The notes beneath the pieces were generated by a model that was given only the letters and a program-made list of their open reading frames with translations, was not told the DNA's origin and did no database searches. A program made the translations under genes and the position numbers. From the NCBI RefSeq assembly GCF_018350175.1, contig NC_058373.1, forward strand, positions 105,154,001 to 105,218,000: a DNA stretch of 64,000 bases, read 5' to 3'. This document shows positions 1 to 11,550 of the stretch, piece after piece (the first letter of the stretch is position 1; each line of letters opens with the position of its first letter). The stretch is from Felis catus (lineage: Eukaryota).

Positions 1-1044
1 AAAATGAACACTTGAATGACGATAAACTAGATGAAGAAAATCCAAAGATTGCTGCACATATATTAAAAGAAAATGAAAGGACACAAATGCAGCCTTTAGA
101 AACACTGAAGTTAGAAGTTGGAGAGAATGAACAAATAGTACAGATTTTTGGAAATAAAGTGGAACAAGGAGAAGAAGTTAAGAAAGAGGCTGAAAAATCT
201 CCTAAAGGAAAGGGAAGACGAAGCAAGACAAAAGATCTTTCTTTAGAAATTATAAAGATTTCATCATTTAGCCAGGATGAAGCAGGAAGTGAATCTCATA
301 TAGAAGCTCAGAGTCTAGAATTTTCTTCACTAGACAGTAAAAATTTTTCCTCTACTGCTGAAGATGAAATTGACCAGTGTGCAAAAGAAAAAAAGTTGAA
401 ACGGAAATTACTGGGACAGTCATCACCAGAGAAAAAAACAAGAATCGAGAATGGAATGGAAATGACAAACAGCGTATCTCAAGAAAAGACCAGTGACTGT
501 ATTGCATCTGAGGGAATGAAAAACTTAAATTTTGAACAACATTTTGAAGTAGAAAATGAAGAAATGCCATCATTAATCGCAGAGTCCAACCAACGCAGTC
601 AAGAATTGACTAGTGAAAAATTTGACAGTCCAGCTGAAGAAACTGTAAATACTCCACTAAAAGAAGAAGAGGATGCAATGCCTCTGATTGGGCCTGAGAC
701 CTTGGTCTGCCATGAAGTAGACTTGGATGACTTGGATGAGAAGGATAAGACCAGTATTGAAGATGTAGTAGTTGAAAACTCTGAGTCTAACTCTCTTGTT
801 TCTATTCCACCTGCCCTACCTCCTGTTGTACAGCATCACTTTTCAGTAGCTTCACCACTTACTCTCAGTCAAGATGAGTCTCGAAGTATAAAAAGTGAGA
901 GTGACATAACCATTGAAGTTGATAGCATTGCTGAAGAATCTCAAGAAGGTCTCTGTGAGAGGGAATCTGCAAATGGGTTTGAAGCCGGTGTTGCCTCTGG
1001 TACCTGTAGTATAATTGTTCAAGAAAGAGAGAACAGAGAGAAGG
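1..1044 (+). CDS. ARID4A: ARID4A (RBBP1) large internal coding exon, 5'-truncated by the window edge
   Basis: Open frame from position 3 encoding an acidic, Ser-rich region with the RB-binding LxCxE motif LVCHE (702-716). Ends at donor AGG|gtaaga (GT at 1045), phase 1. Confidence 0.95.
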
Positions 1045-1218
1045 GTAAGAACTTTCTAGGGAGAACATCAGCCTTTATGTTCAGCCCCAAAATTAGTAAG
1101 TTAAGAGTTTTAGGCATTCTTGATCTGTAAAGTTCCCACCCTCCCTCCCTCCTATTCTTTCTTTCGTTTGTACGTCACGTCCCCACTTTCCTTTCCCATG
1201 CCTTTAAAAAAAAATGTA

Positions 1219-1728
1219 CATCGAGAAATTCATGTGGAGTAGACAGGTGAATAATACAGCTGCTCTTGTGGCGGTGGTGGTGGCTCAAGCACAGAAGACC
1301 AACTGCAGCGGCCGGAGTTATGGCAGGACAGGCGTTTAGAAAGTTTCTTCCCCCTTTGACCGAGTTTTAGTTGAAAGGAGTACAGCCAGAACTGCAACTA
1401 ATGGAGGCATTATGCTTCTGCAAAACTCTCAAGAAAAAGTATTGCAAGCAACAGTAGTAGCTGTTGGACTGGGCTCTAAAGGGAAAGGTGGAGAGATAAC
1501 AAGCATTTAGCGTCAAAGTTGGAGGTAAAGTTCTTCTCTCAGAATATGGAGGCACTAGAGTAGGTCTAGATGACGAGGATTATTTCTTAGAGAGGGTGAC
1601 ATTCTCAGAAAATATGCAGACCGAAATAAATTATTATTGAAATGGTATCATGTGAAGCTGCCCATTCCACTGAAATCTCTCATCCTGTAAATAATTTCCA
1701 TGTCTTTTATAATAAACTAATGGTGTCC
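1219..1728 (+). pseudogene. HSPE1: Processed pseudogene of HSPE1 (mitochondrial 10 kDa chaperonin, Hsp10)
   Basis: ATG at 1320 gives MAGQAFRKFLP; frameshifted blocks FDRVLVERS, KVLQATVVAVG, GSKGKGGEI, KVLLSEYGGT, LDDEDYFL, GDILRKYAD to ~1621 match recalled Hsp10. Intronless, multiple frameshifts, stop codon changed to CGA, HSPE1-like 3'UTR with AATAAA at 1711. Possible target-site duplication aaaatgta at 1211-1218 and 1729-1736. Confidence 0.93.
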
Positions 1729-1771
1729 AAAATGTATGTATTTTTCAAGTCGTCTCTTCCCCCTATTTCAG

Positions 1772-1876
1772 GTCAGAAAAGGCCAAATGATGGAAATAGT
1801 GGATTATTGGCAAAAAAGCAAAAGCGTACCCCAAAGCGAACAAGTGCTGTAGCCAAAAGTGAAAAGAATGGAACAG
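1772..1876 (+). CDS. ARID4A: ARID4A coding exon (105 nt)
   Basis: Acceptor ccctatttcag| and donor |gttggt. Encodes (G)[34 protein letters not shown] in frame with the previous exon; phase 1-1. Confidence 0.93.
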
Positions 1877-2649
1877 GTTGGTGCTTTCCAATGCTGGCTT
1901 TAGACAGCATAAATTTAGTTAATATTTTCAGCATTTTGTTGGCTTGATCATTTGTGTCAATTTAAAAATAAATTTGGTTTATTATGTTCTGAAAATAGCA
2001 GTTTTCCCATTAGTTTTTGATCTGAAGGGGCTGATCAATTTTATTTGGAGCTGGAATAGCTGTGATTATTTTTTTATGTTTACTTCGTTTGTATTTCTTA
2101 TGTAAAGCAGTTTAATATTGAGGAATGTATTTGAGGATCTTGAATAATAGAAAAGTAATATTTGCTCTAGTGGTAAAAACAGATTAAGTTTACATTTCTG
2201 AATGGAATGGTTTACTTTAATCTAGAAAAGCTGATTCCTAAATAGTATCATAGTATTTTTAAAATGGGGGATAATGAAATTCATGTGGAAATAAACGAAG
2301 AAATTAACAAATCAGTATGAATCAACAGATTACATGAGAAAGATTTTTGTACCATAAGGAATAAAAACTAAGTCATAGAATATAATAGAAATAAACATGG
2401 TTGATTTTGATAAATTAAAGTTTTATCTCTAAAATAAGCCTTCATACAAGTCTGAAAGGAAAATTCCAGGTTATATTCCACAGAAGGAGCATATAATTTT
2501 ATACAAGATCAAAGCCATTTCAAAGGAAAATTTCTGAACCATAGCCACCTGTGGCTGGACAATACAGATGTAGAGAGAAAGAGCGATGGGAAATGAGAAG
2601 AGAGAGGCAGTAGGAATTACCAAGGGCAACTGAATAACATCATTGTGCC

Positions 2650-3755
2650 TGGCAGATACTACGTTTGTCACATAAAGTGAACCCCACCAGTAATGGGACA
2701 AGAGGAAATCATGTACTACCTGGCAGGATACAAGAAGAACACAGCTGCACTTCTGTGACATTCCTGTCAAAGATGCATAACCTGAATGTAATCATGAGGA
2801 ACCATCAACAAATTCAAACTGAAGGGTATTCTGTAAAATAACTGGTCTGCAATTTGAGAAATTGTCAAGGTCATGAAAGTCAAAGAAAGAGGAACTGTTC
2901 CAGATGAAAGCAGACTTAAGAGACATGACAATTAAATGCAGCATATAATTCTCACCTGGATCCTATTGTTACAAAAGACATTACCAGGTCAAGTAGAGAA
3001 ACTTGTATGGGATAGGAAGATTGGATGATGATAATAGATTTGTGTTCATTTCATGATTTTGATGGTTGTATTGTGGTTCTATAAGAGTGTGGTGGTTTTA
3101 AAACCAGATCTACAAATTTACTGATAGTCCCCTCTTCAAGAGGCAAAGCCTGATTCCCTTCCCTTGCATGTGGGCTGAATTTAGTGACTCACTTGTAACA
3201 AATGAAGTGATAGAGTAGGACTTCAAGAGAACAGGTCATGAAAGGCACTCCAGATTCCTCCTTGCTCTCCCTTGGATCACTTGCTCTGGTGAAGGTTGGC
3301 TGCCAAGTCATGACGGCACAGCAGGTATAGAGAGGTCCACATGGTGAGGAACTGAGCTTATCCTGCCAACAGCCAGCAAGGAACTGAGGCCTCCTGCCAG
3401 TAGTAGCCATGCGAGTGAACCGTCTTGGAAGCATATCCTTCAGCTCTAGTCAAGTCTACAGAGACCACAGCCTCAGCTAAAAGCTTGACTGCCACATCAC
3501 AAGAATTACCTGAACCAGATCACTCAACCAAGCTGCTCCCAGATTCCAACACTCAGAAATATGACATATAAACTGCTAAGTTGGGGGCCAGTTTGCAGAT
3601 AACACGAGGAGAATGTTCTTGTTTATAAGAAATAAACACCAAATACTCAAGTGTGGCAGGGCAACTTAACCTTCAAATGGGTCAGAAAAACATGTTTTGG
3701 TAACTTCTTACAGCTTTTTTCTAAGTTTGAAGATTGTCTCAAAATAAAAAGTAAA
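2650..3755 (+). mobile_element. Old L1M (L1MC4-like) 3' fragment interrupted by an LTR
   Basis: Motifs such as aacctgaatgtaatcatgagga and agagacatgacaattaaatgca, plus an A-rich end near 3750. Family assigned from memory. Confidence 0.6.
3088..3604 (+). mobile_element. MaLR solo LTR (MLT1E/F-like)
   Basis: TG...CA ends; motifs ttagtgactcacttg, ggtccacatggtgaggaactgag and gccagcaaggaactgaggcc are typical of MLT1. Confidence 0.7.
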
Positions 3756-5046
3756 AAGGATTAAAAAGGAAGAAAGGAGATCATCAGTTTTACTTTTGGG
3801 AAAGAATATCTGGCTTAATCTTTGGCAAGAAGAAATGAACTAAAGAGATGGGAAGTGAAATCATTAGGACTCAGTCATTATTAGTTACATATGAGGGACT
3901 GGCTAATGGACACGTGGGATAGAGGAGTAGCAGCAGGCTGTTGGAAGAGTAAGTAATTCAGGGAATGTTGGGTTAGAGATACCCAGTACTAGGGAAATAG
4001 GGGTGTGGAGCTTCGAAGAGTCTGTTTTTAGAAGATGGTTGTGTAAAGGATTGTAAGAAGATGCGATTCCTGTGGAAGAGATGTAAAAAGAGAAAAAGGA
4101 CCAACAGAATTATGTGAGATATCTGTATGGGCACTGATCTGAGACAAATGCAAATCAGTAAATGCCGGTGGGTTTGAATAAAAAAGTTTCAAATGCTATT
4201 GGATATGCAATAAGATTAAATACATTGATTGGATTTGTTGAGTTGTAAATGTTGGGACCCTAACAAGAGCACAGGAATGTGATTAGAAGATGTGGAAATC
4301 AGGATAACAAAGTTTCTTTCAAGAAATTTTACTTTAAAAGAGAAGGAAGGAGGTGCCAGCTAAAAGGGGAAGTTTTCTTTTTACCTCCTCTAAGAGTGGG
4401 AAAGATCTAAGCATGTTGGCAGACTCTGGGAAAAGAAGTTGAAGCTAAAAGAAGATGGATAATTGATGTTGAGATATTCCAGGGGAGCTGGAGTGGATGG
4501 TTTTAAGAGTACAGCTGAAGAGAGTAGTCTTCAGAAACACTCTTTTTGACCCCCACCCCCCCCCCAAAAAAAAAGTCAATAAAGACAGATACAGATAGAG
4601 GAGAGGCTGGGAAATTGAGTGGGTAACCCTTAACCTTGCCTTGTCAGAAGGCAAGGTTGGCTTTTGAGAGAGAGTAGGGTGGAAGCAGGATATAGAAGAT
4701 GGGGGGGGGGGGAAGGAAACAATTCTAATTTATGATGAAGTGAAGAGCAAAAGCATCTCTAAGTACAAATTTGGTGAGGAGGGATAGAATTGCAAACAAT
4801 TATGCAATTCATATGTATGCAAACATATATATATGTTAAAGGATGTGTATACATCAGTTGTTTCTGTCCTTCAATTATGCAGTTTGGGTTGTTTTTGGTT
4901 TTAAACCTAAATGGGGCAATACTACACATATTGTTTCATAACTTTGAGTTTTCATTTAATAATATATATTGGATATTTTGCCATTTTTGTTCTTATAAAC
5001 TTTAGCTAATTCTTTTTAACCACTTTAGCAAAGTATTCAGTAGTAT

Positions 5047-5362
5047 ATTTGACCCTTGAACAACACAAGTTTAAATTGTGCAGGTCCACTTATAAACAGA
5101 TTTTTTACAGTACTGTAAATGTATTTTCCTTGTGATCTTCTAACATTTTTTTCTGTAGATTAATTTGTTATAAGAGTACAGTATATAATGTTGTATATAA
5201 CATACCAGTGTGTGTTACTCAACTTTGTTATCAGTAAGGCTTCTGGCCAATAGCATGCTATTATTAGTAAATAGGTTTTGGAGGAGTCAAAAGTAATTGT
5301 AGATTTTTGACTGCATGGGGGTCGGTGCCTCTAACCCCGACGTTGTTCAGTGATCAACCGTG
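5047..5362. mobile_element. Tigger2-type (TcMar) non-autonomous DNA transposon
   Basis: Begins ttgacccttgaacaacac and ends gttgttcagtgatcaaccg (degenerate terminal inverted repeats). Homologous in reverse orientation to 37414-37735. Confidence 0.75.
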
Positions 5363-5434
5363 TATAATTTTTAACCATTTTCCTACTGGTGGGCATTTAG
5401 ATGTCTATTTCTTTGCTATTAAGAAATTTGTGCA

Positions 5435-5882
5435 GGGGCGCCTGGGTGGCGCAGTCGGTTAAGCGTCCGACTTCAGCCAGGTCACGATCTCACGGTCCGT
5501 GAGTTCGAGCCCCGCGTCAGGCTCTGGGCTGATGGCTCAGAGCCTGGAGCCTGTTTCCGATTCTGTGTCTCCCTCTCTCTCTGCCCCTCCCCCGTTCATG
5601 CTCTGTCTCTCTCTGTCCCAAAATAAATAAAAAACGTTGAAAAAAAAATTAAAAAAAAAAAAATTTGTGCATTTGTGGGGCACCTGGGTGGCTCAGTCGG
5701 TTAAGCACCAGACTTCGGCTCAGGTCATGATCTCACGGTTCGTGGGTTCAGGCCCTGCGTTGGGCTCTGTGCTGACAGCTCAGAGCCTGGAGCCTGCTTC
5801 GGTTTCTGTGTCTCCCTCTCTCTCTGCCCCTCCCCCGCTCACGCTCTTTATTTTTGTCAAAAATAAATACACATTAAAAAAA
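5435..5882 (+). mobile_element. Two tandem CanSINEs (5435-~5660 young feline type; 5677-~5882 older)
   Basis: Each has a ggggcgcctgggtggc head, (CT)n tract, AATAAA and poly-A. They share the target-site motif aaatttgtgca. Confidence 0.92.
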
Positions 5883-6009
5883 GAAATTTGTGCATTTGTA
5901 CACTTATTTCTGTAGGATATTACAAAAATGCAATTGCTGGGTCTGCTGCATTTTGATATTTGAGATTTTTATCATTTATAATCTCTGAATCAATTTTTTC
6001 TTATTATAG

Positions 6010-6216
6010 GACAAAGCAGTGATAGTGAAGATCTTCCTGTCCTGGACAATTCAAGTAAATGTACACCAGTAAAGCATCTTAGTGTGTCTAAGCCACAGAA
6101 GCTTGCACGATCTCCTGCAAGGATTTCCCCTCACATCAAAGATGGAGAAAAAGATAAACACAGGGATAAACATCCAAATTCATCCCCTAGAACATATAAA
6201 TGGAGCTTTCAACTCA
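6010..6216 (+). CDS. ARID4A: ARID4A coding exon (207 nt)
   Basis: Acceptor ttattatag| and donor |gtaaga. Encodes (G)[22 protein letters not shown]...[11 protein letters not shown]; absent from the ORF track. Confidence 0.93.
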
Positions 6217-6829
6217 GTAAGAAGCTTTAGAAAACCTGAATGTATATTGTAAAGTGGTACTTACCTTAAAATGTCAAAATGAGAAAGAATGATTACCAAA
6301 TTCATTTATGTAGGTTTCCAAATGTTGCCTTATCAGTAATTACCACTTAAATATAAATCTGTATCTTTTCATGATACTAACCTGATAAATACTAACCTGA
6401 AAGATCTCCAGTTACAAAATAAGATGGTGATTTGTATATATCATTGAAACTGAAATACCCTTTCTAGTATTGGTAATTGTAAATAACTAATAAACGAAAA
6501 AATCATCTATACAAAGAAACAATTTAGATAAATATAATTATAGATCACAGTTGCTGTGTGTTGATGTTTTCTTGTTATTTGCTGATCATTTAAGTAATAC
6601 ATCATTAAGTAATATATATTTAGTACAAGAAATTTGAGTTACATACAGAAATCTTACTCATGAATGTAATTAGTGTCATACTTGTTTATAGAGCCTTATT
6701 TAGCTATTAATATGTAAAAGTTTTCATAAATTAAAGCTTTTGAGGATTTATAAGTTGGATTTTTGATACAACTGCCATATTCTTTTAAGTAATTTTTTTA
6801 AACCAAATTAACTTTTTTTTCCCTTTTAG

Positions 6830-6976
6830 ATGAATTAGATAATATGAACAGTACAGAGAGAATCTCTTTTCTCCAAGAAAAATTACAAGAAATAAGAAAA
6901 TATTACATGTCTTTGAAATCCGAAGTGGCAACCATAGACAGGAGGAGAAAAAGATTAAAAAAGAAAGACAGAGAAG
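6830..6976 (+). CDS. ARID4A: ARID4A coding exon (147 nt), C-terminal coiled region
   Basis: Acceptor cccttttag| and donor |gtaatt. Encodes (N)[48 protein letters not shown]. Confidence 0.95.
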
Positions 6977-7619
6977 GTAATTTGATTGTAATTTTTCTTC
7001 CTTCTGTTTTTCAAATATACACTATCATTTTTGAAGATTTAGGTTAGTCTTTGAATATATATAGTACACATTGTTGTTTTTAGATTCCTTATGCTGTCTT
7101 TGTGCTATTGTTGAAATGAGTGAGTCAACAACTGAATTAATCAGGATGAGATTCTTGAAAAGGACTATGAACTGTTTTACAAAATGTGTGATTTTACTAA
7201 ATGTGATGGGTTCTCAAGAAGAGTTACTCCCTCTGAAATTCAGTCTTTGCTTAACATACATTTATTGGCTACCTATTAACAGGCACTATATCTGTTATTA
7301 TGAGGTTCACCAAAATTAATGGACATATGAGCTTATCTTCAAAGAGACTATTTTGTTGGGATCATAAATTATTTCCTAAGCAGCTCAACAACATTCATTG
7401 AAACAGTTCAGCTCAACAACATTAATGCATACACACTATGTGCTAGGCCCTCTTCCAGGTGGTAAGTACAGAGATGAATGAAATACGGACCTTGATCTCA
7501 AAAGATCTTAACTTCTAGTGGGAGAGTGTGTGAGGAGGGCCCCAAGAGTGATACTACTTGGTGGAAGGAGAGATTAGTTTGGATTAATCTTGGAGAGAGA
7601 GTAATGCCTGGCCTATACC

Positions 7620-9470
7620 TTAAAACTGCACAGAATTATAGCTAAACATTGATATATTCACATCAGATCCATCCCCAAGCCCCACTATAAAATAAGAGTA
7701 AAGAAAAGCCCTGTACCCACAAGAACAAGATAAGGGGGCAGCAGACCACAGTAGACAAGACATATCGACAGCTTAACTCTTACAAGCTGAGAAGCAGACA
7801 GACAGCTGTAACTGTCCTAGCAGAATGCAAAAACCTAAGCTTGTTTATCCTTGCATTAGGACAAAACAAGAAGCAAGCCAGTCTATATCATATCACCCCA
7901 GAAAGCAGGGATATATGTGAGATTAAAAATGATTGGTTGAAAATGGAAGGAGAAATTGGATTCTTTCGTCCCATGCTGTGAAACAAACTACCCTTTTCTG
8001 CAGCTTTAGCAGAAAAGTAAGAAATTAACTTATTGGAGGGAGAGGGGAATGAATAGGCTTGTAGACTTCAGGTACACCAGTCTTAACTGAAGGTGAGGGT
8101 TAAGTGCAAAACCAGAAATAAGGAGCTTGAGCAGAAGTATACAATACTGAATGATGAGATTCCTATCCCTTTTCCAACTGTAACTCTTATCCTTTTGGCT
8201 TCCTGAAAGCTGACAACTAAGCTTATGCTCATTCTTGGGAGGAGACTGAAGAATTCCTCTGGAGAAGCTGTTCAACCCAAGAGGAATGACTAACACAGAT
8301 ACCAACATTTGGAGGTTCCTGAACCAAAAAGCAAGATCCTTGCCAATCAGTACATATATACTGCCCATCACTGAAAAGCTCTGCATACTTGTGCACAGCT
8401 TCCAGTTGGCTTTTTGATATCCTCCTTTTAAATATGGAAGCCACAAGAGCAGATAGGAAGGCTTCTACATAAAGGTAGAAACCAAAGTAGAAAATGAGAG
8501 TAAAAAAAGGACCTTGGAAAAAACAGACAATGTCCTATCCAGAACATCAAACTATAGCTAGACACAGACGCAGGAAAGGTATTGCAGTCTTGAAACGAAA
8601 ATATGATACTAGTAATACAATTCAGGGACCAAGAAGGATCTCTCAAAAATTAAAAATATGATAGGAATTTAAAAAATGTAATAGAAGAGAGAGCAAAGCT
8701 AAAGAAATTCCAGTAGATGGTCAAAAAGACAATAGGGGAAAAGAACTAAGAGAAGTATAGGATCTGGCCAAGAGATACACCTTCTGAATCACAGAATTTC
8801 TAGAAAAAGCACTGAATAAACATAGGACACTGTCATCAAAGAACTATTATAAGAAAAATTTCCAGAAATAAAGGATATGAATTAGGAGATTGAAAGAATT
8901 CACCGTAATCTCTCTAAAGAACGGGGGAAAAAAATCACACCAAAGCACATTGTGAAATTTCAGAATCCTATGTGTAACAAGAAGAACCTAAAATTTTATC
9001 ATATAAAGGCATATCTAGGGGCGCCTGGGTGGCTCAGTTGGTTGAGTGACCCACTCTTGATTTCCGCTCAGGTCATGATCATGACATGGTGGGATTGAGT
9101 CCCAAGTTGGGCTCAGTGCTGAGCATGGAGCCTGCTTAAGATGGTCTCTCCTTCTGGCTCTCTCTCTCCTTCTGCCCCTCCACTGTGTTCGTGCGTGTGC
9201 TCTCTAAAATAAATAAAATTAAAATAAAGTATCTAAAAAAAGGGTCTCAGAACAGCATCAGGTTTCTCATGTCAGATTTCTCAATGGTAGCACTAGAAAC
9301 TAGAAGCCAAACTAGAAACTAGAAAGCTAAGAAGACAACATGAGATCCAGCAAACAAGGAATCCTACCTAGGAAAACAGTGAGGCAAATACCAAGGTGAT
9401 GAGTGAAAGCTATAGAATGACCACTGCAGAGCAGGCTGAGAGAGCCAACTATTCCAGAAGTAGGATGTAC
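7620..9470 (+). mobile_element. HAL1/old L1-related relic containing a CanSINE (9018-~9225)
   Basis: A-rich L1 ORF1-like sequence (ttgtgaaatttcagaa, agcactagaaactagaag) and HAL1-like gagatccagcaaacaaggaatcc...gcaggctgagagagccaact. Boundaries approximate. Confidence 0.55.
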
Positions 9471-10496
9471 ATGAGGGGAGGGCTTTGGGAAGGCGGTCTC
9501 TTACAAAAAGGTAAATTACCCGACAGGCTTGCCCATATTGAGAGTTTTCTGCCAATGCAGAGACTCCGGGGATATATTTCTGAGAAGATGAGTTGTATTA
9601 TATGTGGTCTTGAATCCAGTCCAAGTCCAGCAATCTTTACTCCTAGAAATAAGACGGAGCTAATGGAAGGAGATCAGGCTTTCCATGTTTGTCCTTTTCT
9701 TTAAAGACTGTAAATAGCAGGCAGTCTTTACAGAACTTCTAAACTCAAAAAGAAAAGCAAATTAACAAATTGAAATTTCTTCAGAGCACCCTGATCTGCT
9801 TTAAATTTCCTAAAGGTGATAGGACTTTCACACAACTAAAAAAAGATTCTTTCATTACAGTCTTCCCTTTTTTGTTTTCTCAGTTTTTTTTTTGAGTGTG
9901 AAGTGAGTTATTAAAGTGAGACATTGAGTAACTTCTGCATATTAGAATTTATAATAACAAGTTACATGTCACAGTGATAGTACATGTATACACTGAGAGA
10001 GATCTACTTAAACAAAAATTTTTAATTTTTAATTTTCCTAAATTCTTATTTAGGAACAATTAGGCAAAGATTGGCAGGAGATAGGAAAGGGTTGCCAAGA
10101 AAGAGAAGATAAAATACATTAAAAAATGGCAAAGTACCAAATGCACAGGGTGGTGATCCTTAACCTGTGTTATTTCCTCCTAGAGCGGTATGTTAAAGTC
10201 ACGTGAGGACTTTTTTCTAATCACACAACTACACTTCCATCCCGATCCTTATGATTCTGATACCTGACCTAGATAACTACTGTCGCCTGTGGGAATGTCG
10301 TGTCCATTAGGTCTGTCGGGCAGGATAAGGATAGGAAGCCAGTGGTTAGCTGGTTACAGGAAATTCTGTGAGATGTTATTCCTTTAGCACCATTTAAGGG
10401 GACTGATTGAAATGAATGGTAAATGTATTTCTAATTTGCCAGTGGCTAGGTATCTTTGATCGTTTTGGGTCTAATGTAGTTGTTTGGCTTCCGCAG

Positions 10497-10600
10497 TGTC
10501 TCATGCAGGAGCCTCCATGTCATCTGCTTCGTCAGACACTGGAATGAGCCCATCATCATCATCTCCCCCACAAAATGTGCTTGCTGTAGAATGCAGGTGA
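10497..10600 (+). CDS. ARID4A: ARID4A last coding exon
   Basis: Acceptor ttccgcag|. Encodes (V)[33 protein letters not shown] then TGA at 10598-10600, matching the recalled ARID4A C-terminus. Confidence 0.95.
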
Positions 10601-11550
10601 TGAACGCTTTCTCTGCCTTCCCAGCAGTTTGCTGCCATGGACATAAATCCCAAAACCCTGAAATACAACCACAGAAAGCACTCAACTGGTTTGACATTGC
10701 TAAGTATATCCTGTATACTTTTCCAGGCTGGATTGTATCTATTCCCTCTCTTTTCTTTTTTTTTCTGTTGCAAACAATAAGCTGATTAATAACTGAAGGT
10801 TAGGCAGCCTGCCATATTTGTCATAATTTTTCCTAATTTTTCATTTTTTGTGAAGATAGAAAAAGGGCACTTAGCAAATTTGAATTTGTATAATAAAGCT
10901 TTCAAATGTTATAGAAATCATAGACAAGCAAGTGCACATGATAAACATCAAAATATTATCCAGCTGAATAGTGACTGCTGCACTTTCACTAAGATGTATT
11001 TGAACACTTGGTGAGTAGGGGGTTTATGTTGTGTTTTTTTTTTTTTAATTATTGTTGCTGTTGTTTTTTTATTTTTGTGGAAGCACTTGCTATTTAGAAC
11101 TGCCAAAGTATATGTTCAGCAGTGTGCCCAGGTTTAAAGGTGTAAATGGGACAAAATAAATTGTGAAAGGAAGTGTAGTTGACTGAAAACTACAGTTGTA
11201 ATAAGTCTTCCACTTTTTATAGGATTTTTGAGCACACAATTATGCAAATATTTTAATGTTTATTAATGTTTACAGTGGAATTGTGAATAAGTTTTCAGTG
11301 GACTATCTTATCCCTTGACAAAAATATTTTGTCTTTTTTCTATGTAATTTCAGAGTTTTTATTTTGTTACAAAAAGACAAAAATGAAATATATAACAACA
11401 ATGAAGTTATTTAACAAGATTTCTAAAGCTGAAAATTTTGTGTAAAATAAGGTATTATCTTGCAACTTGTTAAATATATTTATTCAGACATTGGATGTTG
11501 TATTTTTATGTATTTTTTAAAATATTAATAAAATGGAAAAAAAGAAAATT
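10601..11550 (+). other. ARID4A: ARID4A 3'UTR with candidate poly(A) signals
   Basis: AT/U-rich, repeat-free sequence after the stop codon, with AATAAA at 10892, 11155 and 11527. The 3' end is inferred from the last of these. Confidence 0.7.

Noticed and set aside
12..1130. 372-aa ORF as a standalone gene
   Set aside because: It is an internal ARID4A exon. The TTG start is arbitrary and the last 28 codons are intronic.
7381..7423. Short direct duplications (cagctcaacaacatt x2; similar cases at ~6375 and ~19920)
   Set aside because: Ordinary local slippage duplications with no sign of function.
9396..9704. 102-aa intronic ORF in ARID4A
   Set aside because: Overlaps a HAL1-like relic, has no recognisable domain and lacks convincing exon structure.
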